DNA of 45,347 nucleotides from Candidatus Parvarchaeota archaeon (GTDB lineage Archaea; Nanobdellota; Nanobdellia; Parvarchaeales; Parvarchaeaceae): NCBI GenBank assembly GCA_023380585.1, contig JAMCRN010000004.1, positions 1 to 45,347 of the forward strand, read 5' to 3'. Shown piece by piece: positions 42,697 to 45,347 of this stretch (position 1 is its first letter; each line of letters starts with the position of its first letter). The notes under the pieces were generated by a model. It saw only the letters and a program-made list of their open reading frames with translations, ran no database searches and was not told where the DNA came from. The position numbers and the translations under genes were made by a program.

Positions 42697-45347
42697 TTAC
42701 TTACCTACATCGATCGGCTCTCTTCTACCTCTACCTTTCTTACTGATATTTCTTCTATGCCTTTTAACGTGTCTTTTATTCTTTACCGTGCGCTTCTCGG
42801 CCTGCTTTTTCTTCAGATGCAGTTTTATGAATAGCACTATAAGTATTATCGTCAAAACTATCAATATCGCAGTTTCTATGTATAAGAGAGAAACGTTTTC
42901 TACAATCGGAGATATCAAAGACTTGCAATATATTACAGGAACAAAACTTATATTGATTACACTACTATTCTGGGACGATGATACATACCCGCTATCAGGG
43001 TATGGATTATAAGTTTCCTGGCATATGCTGGTATTTCGTAAAAACGTAGTCTTTACAGGGTATGCAGTCCAATTCTCAGAAACATTTGAGATCATGAAAG
43101 TGATATTACCTGAAGCTAAAGCACCTGTTGTCTTGTTATTATAGTTTATCTGCCATACCAAGGTGGGTGGAAGGCCAGTCTGTTCAAAGGTGATAAATCT
43201 CTTGTATCTCTGATACCCTATATAATACTCTGAAAACCCAGGGGATACCGCCTTGTAAAAGGAATAATTAGAATTTACAGAGTATTCTGTAGTATTGAGT
43301 CCGACGTAACTCTTGGATTGTTGGTCGCATCTGTACAGTTTGACCGTAGATGGGTTAGCTTTATCCTCCCTTAAAAGGACGTTTGACAGCTTGAAATAAT
43401 AGGTGGAATTCCTGAACCCGGGAAGAGCATCAACGCTGGTATTTATGAAAAATTCGGATACTGGGTTTACTGGCGGCTCTCCGTAACATGTCTCATTCAG
43501 GACTCCGTGTATATTCACTATCTGGTTGGACGCTGTCGTGTTGGCCGCGATGGACAACGCGGTCAAAAACGTCCTGTTAAGGTAGAGCGTAGGGATTGTT
43601 ATGTTATTGGAAGGCAGTATCTGCGTGATGTTTGTTATGGTCCCATTTTTATACCTGCTTATAAGGAGCGTGATGTTTTTTATAGAATTATTCAAAAGTC
43701 TTATCGGCTCCACTATCTTTGTTATATTTATAGGAGTTATTGTTATTACCGGAGGCGGCAATGCAGTCGTTGATATAACAAGCGAGAAGTTCTCAGAGGC
43801 GCTCGTGAAATTCTGTGTCTGCGGTACTGATAACCTGAAATGGTACACGCCAGTGCCGTTTGCGGTATAAGTATAATGGCTACTGAAATTAGCTATACTT
43901 TTTCCGTTCAAGAACAAATTTCCAGGCAAATTGGCGTAGTTTGGAGATATGTTAAATAGTATCTTGTCTGGTGTGCCATTATAAGTATAGTTCCCTTTTA
44001 TCGAGGTAGTTATAAGTATCTTCGGAGCAGACCTGTATATCTGGTATTCCCTGCTAAAGCTTTCGGAGGAATAATTTATATCACCAGGTGTAGACACTGT
44101 GTAATTGTATACGCCGGCTGCCGTCTCACTATTGAAGAACCTGTGATAAAAGTCGTTTATAACGCTATCTACTGGGAATTCCCCACCAGGTGGATAAGCA
44201 ACCGAGGCTATAAAGTAGAGCTTTGGAGAACTTATCCCAGACTTGTAATTGAAAGCGGGCATCAAAGTCAGATTCTTTATTAAAGACGGATTTATTTTAA
44301 CAGGTGTTATATTATCAGAATAATTAAAGGACGCCCATGAGTAACTGTTATTGACTACCAATATATAGACTGCATTACCGAATGAATTGTTTATGCGTAT
44401 GCCGACGCTGTTGTTCACTCCTTTTGAAGACGGGTATGAAAGGGCAGTCTCGTTTTGTGTGCCTAATAGTATACCATATGGATAAGGTGTACTATTAAGA
44501 TAGCCGTCGATTATGCTGTTTGTGAATGGGGCAGAGGCGGTCACACGTCCGCTTCCGAAAAGAAGATATATAGGATAACTGAAAGATTCCCTGGAAGAAA
44601 CATAAGAATACCCACTCGTATTAGAAAACGAAGTAAGTCCATTATTTACTGAAATATTGCCTGTGCTCATCCATAGTGAAGAATTTATGGCTGACCCGGC
44701 AAAATTGTCATAAAACTGGAATATTGCACGGCCATTGTCATATTCTCCATACACTGCTGATAATAAAGGCGCTTCTCCAACTAGTTTGCCGTTGAAAATG
44801 GAACTGCTAGTATTGAGAATATTAAGATATGCTGTTGTTTCGCCGCCGGCAGACAAACCTGGAAGTTTAATCCAGTATATTGATTTAGGAGAAGATGGAG
44901 AATTACCTGATTCCAGCCAGGATGGAATTACATTGAGATCGCCATTTGTAAATTCAATATTTGAAAGCCCAGTATTTTCATAACGACTGTATGCAGAAGA
45001 ATTGAATATAAACCTCTCTTGAAACAGTGACGGGGTTGGATTAGAATTGTTATTAAATATTATTATCGGAACAGAGATTTCATTGGAAGGTAAAAGAGGA
45101 TTTCCGTTCAACAAAGCGTTTATAGACATATTTTGTACCTTATAAGTAGAATATGCAAACGTTGATGAACTACCGTTATAGGTATAATTTTGTGGGAAAA
45201 ATAATTTCAAAACACCTTTCAAGATCTGCCTGTCCACTGCGGGAGTCGTGGCTGAGGTGTAGTTTATGTCGCCTGAGGTGTTGAAGACGGTGTCGTATAC
45301 TCCTGCCGTGGCGTTCTTGTACACGGAGGAGGACGTGGTTGAAACCT
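42697..45347 (-). CDS. Giant sequon-rich surface protein (partial, N-terminus beyond the window) with Ig-like repeats, a DUF2341/LamG-like region, a C-terminal TM anchor and a polybasic tail
   Basis: The reading frame stays open to the window end, and the track start is only an in-frame GTG. Repeated G-V-Y..(S/T)-x-G-D-I-N-Y-(T/S)-S and N-Y-T-Y-N-G motifs are present. The segment NIEFTNGDLNVIPSWLES..IYWIKLPGLSAGGETTAYLNILN resembles DUF2341. The C-terminal TM (AILIVLTIILIVLFI) is followed by a Lys/Arg-rich tail of about 40 aa. Confidence 0.7.
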   Translation of the reverse strand, partial: VSTTSSSVYKNATAGVYDTVFNTSGDINYTSATTPAVDRQILKGVLKLFFPQNYTYNGSSSTFAYSTYKVQNMSINALLNGNPLLPSNEISVPIIIFNNNSNPTPSLFQERFIFNSSAYSRYENTGLSNIEFTNGDLNVIPSWLESGNSPSSPKSIYWIKLPGLSAGGETTAYLNILNTSSSIFNGKLVGEAPLLSAVYGEYDNGRAIFQFYDNFAGSAINSSLWMSTGNISVNNGLTSFSNTSGYSYVSSRESFSYPIYLLFGSGRVTASAPFTNSIIDGYLNSTPYPYGILLGTQNETALSYPSSKGVNNSVGIRINNSFGNAVYILVVNNSYSWASFNYSDNITPVKINPSLIKNLTLMPAFNYKSGISSPKLYFIASVAYPPGGEFPVDSVINDFYHRFFNSETAAGVYNYTVSTPGDINYSSESFSREYQIYRSAPKILITTSIKGNYTYNGTPDKILFNISPNYANLPGNLFLNGKSIANFSSHYTYTANGTGVYHFRLSVPQTQNFTSASENFSLVISTTALPPPVITITPINITKIVEPIRLLNNSIKNITLLISRYKNGTITNITQILPSNNITIPTLYLNRTFLTALSIAANTTASNQIVNIHGVLNETCYGEPPVNPVSEFFINTSVDALPGFRNSTYYFKLSNVLLREDKANPSTVKLYRCDQQSKSYVGLNTTEYSVNSNYSFYKAVSPGFSEYYIGYQRYKRFITFEQTGLPPTLVWQINYNNKTTGALASGNITFMISNVSENWTAYPVKTTFLRNTSICQETYNPYPDSGYVSSSQNSSVINISFVPVIYCKSLISPIVENVSLLYIETAILIVLTIILIVLFIKLHLKKKQAEKRTVKNKRHVKRHRRNISKKGRGRREPIDVGK

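Noticed and set aside
1-45347. A search by eye for CRISPR arrays, rRNA genes, IS elements, transposases, and long tandem or inverted repeats.
   Set aside because: I saw none. Intergenic regions are short (mostly under 160 nt) and are explained by promoters.

Overview
This is a gene-dense chromosomal segment of about 40 CDS, mostly on the minus strand. I infer an archaeal origin from four things. Many genes have a TTTATAWA box exactly 21 nt upstream of the ATG, which implies leaderless mRNAs. Shine-Dalgarno sequences appear only at internal operon genes. Many membrane-anchored proteins are saturated with N-x-S/T sequons. GatCAB and a type-III P-type H+-ATPase are present. An acidophilic Thermoplasmatales-like or Micrarchaeota-like lineage is only a guess.

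Content, in order:
- A lipid-oxidation block: SCP2 fragment, acyl-CoA synthetase, etfBA, and a membrane HdrD/GlpC-like Fe-S oxidoreductase.
- Adenosine deaminase, then aspS-gatB-gatA-gatC-glnA in series.
- Two ABC-2 exporters and three MFS transporters.
- argS preceded by a tRNA-Arg(UCU)-like gene.
- An MBL hydrolase and a GlpA-like dehydrogenase with an SRPBCC protein.
- A small accessory islet: MNT-HEPN pair, SWIM protein, and a Cys-rich micro-ORF.
- pyrG, a P-type H+-ATPase, thioredoxin, and several large glycoprotein-like surface proteins.

I saw no CRISPR array, IS element, integrase or rRNA.

The best candidate for an undescribed system is at 22049-24229. An Hsp90/MORC-like GHKL ATPase with a SprT/WLM-like C-terminus sits next to a 193-aa protein carrying an R / S-x-S / E-x-E ADP-ribosyltransferase-like motif set. 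Both calls rest on motif reading only and need profile and structure searches.

Other notable points:
- A 27-aa Cys-rich leaderless micro-ORF.
- A structurally aberrant tRNA-Arg-like gene 25 nt upstream of argS.
- A bacterial-type AspRS embedded in the gatCAB operon.
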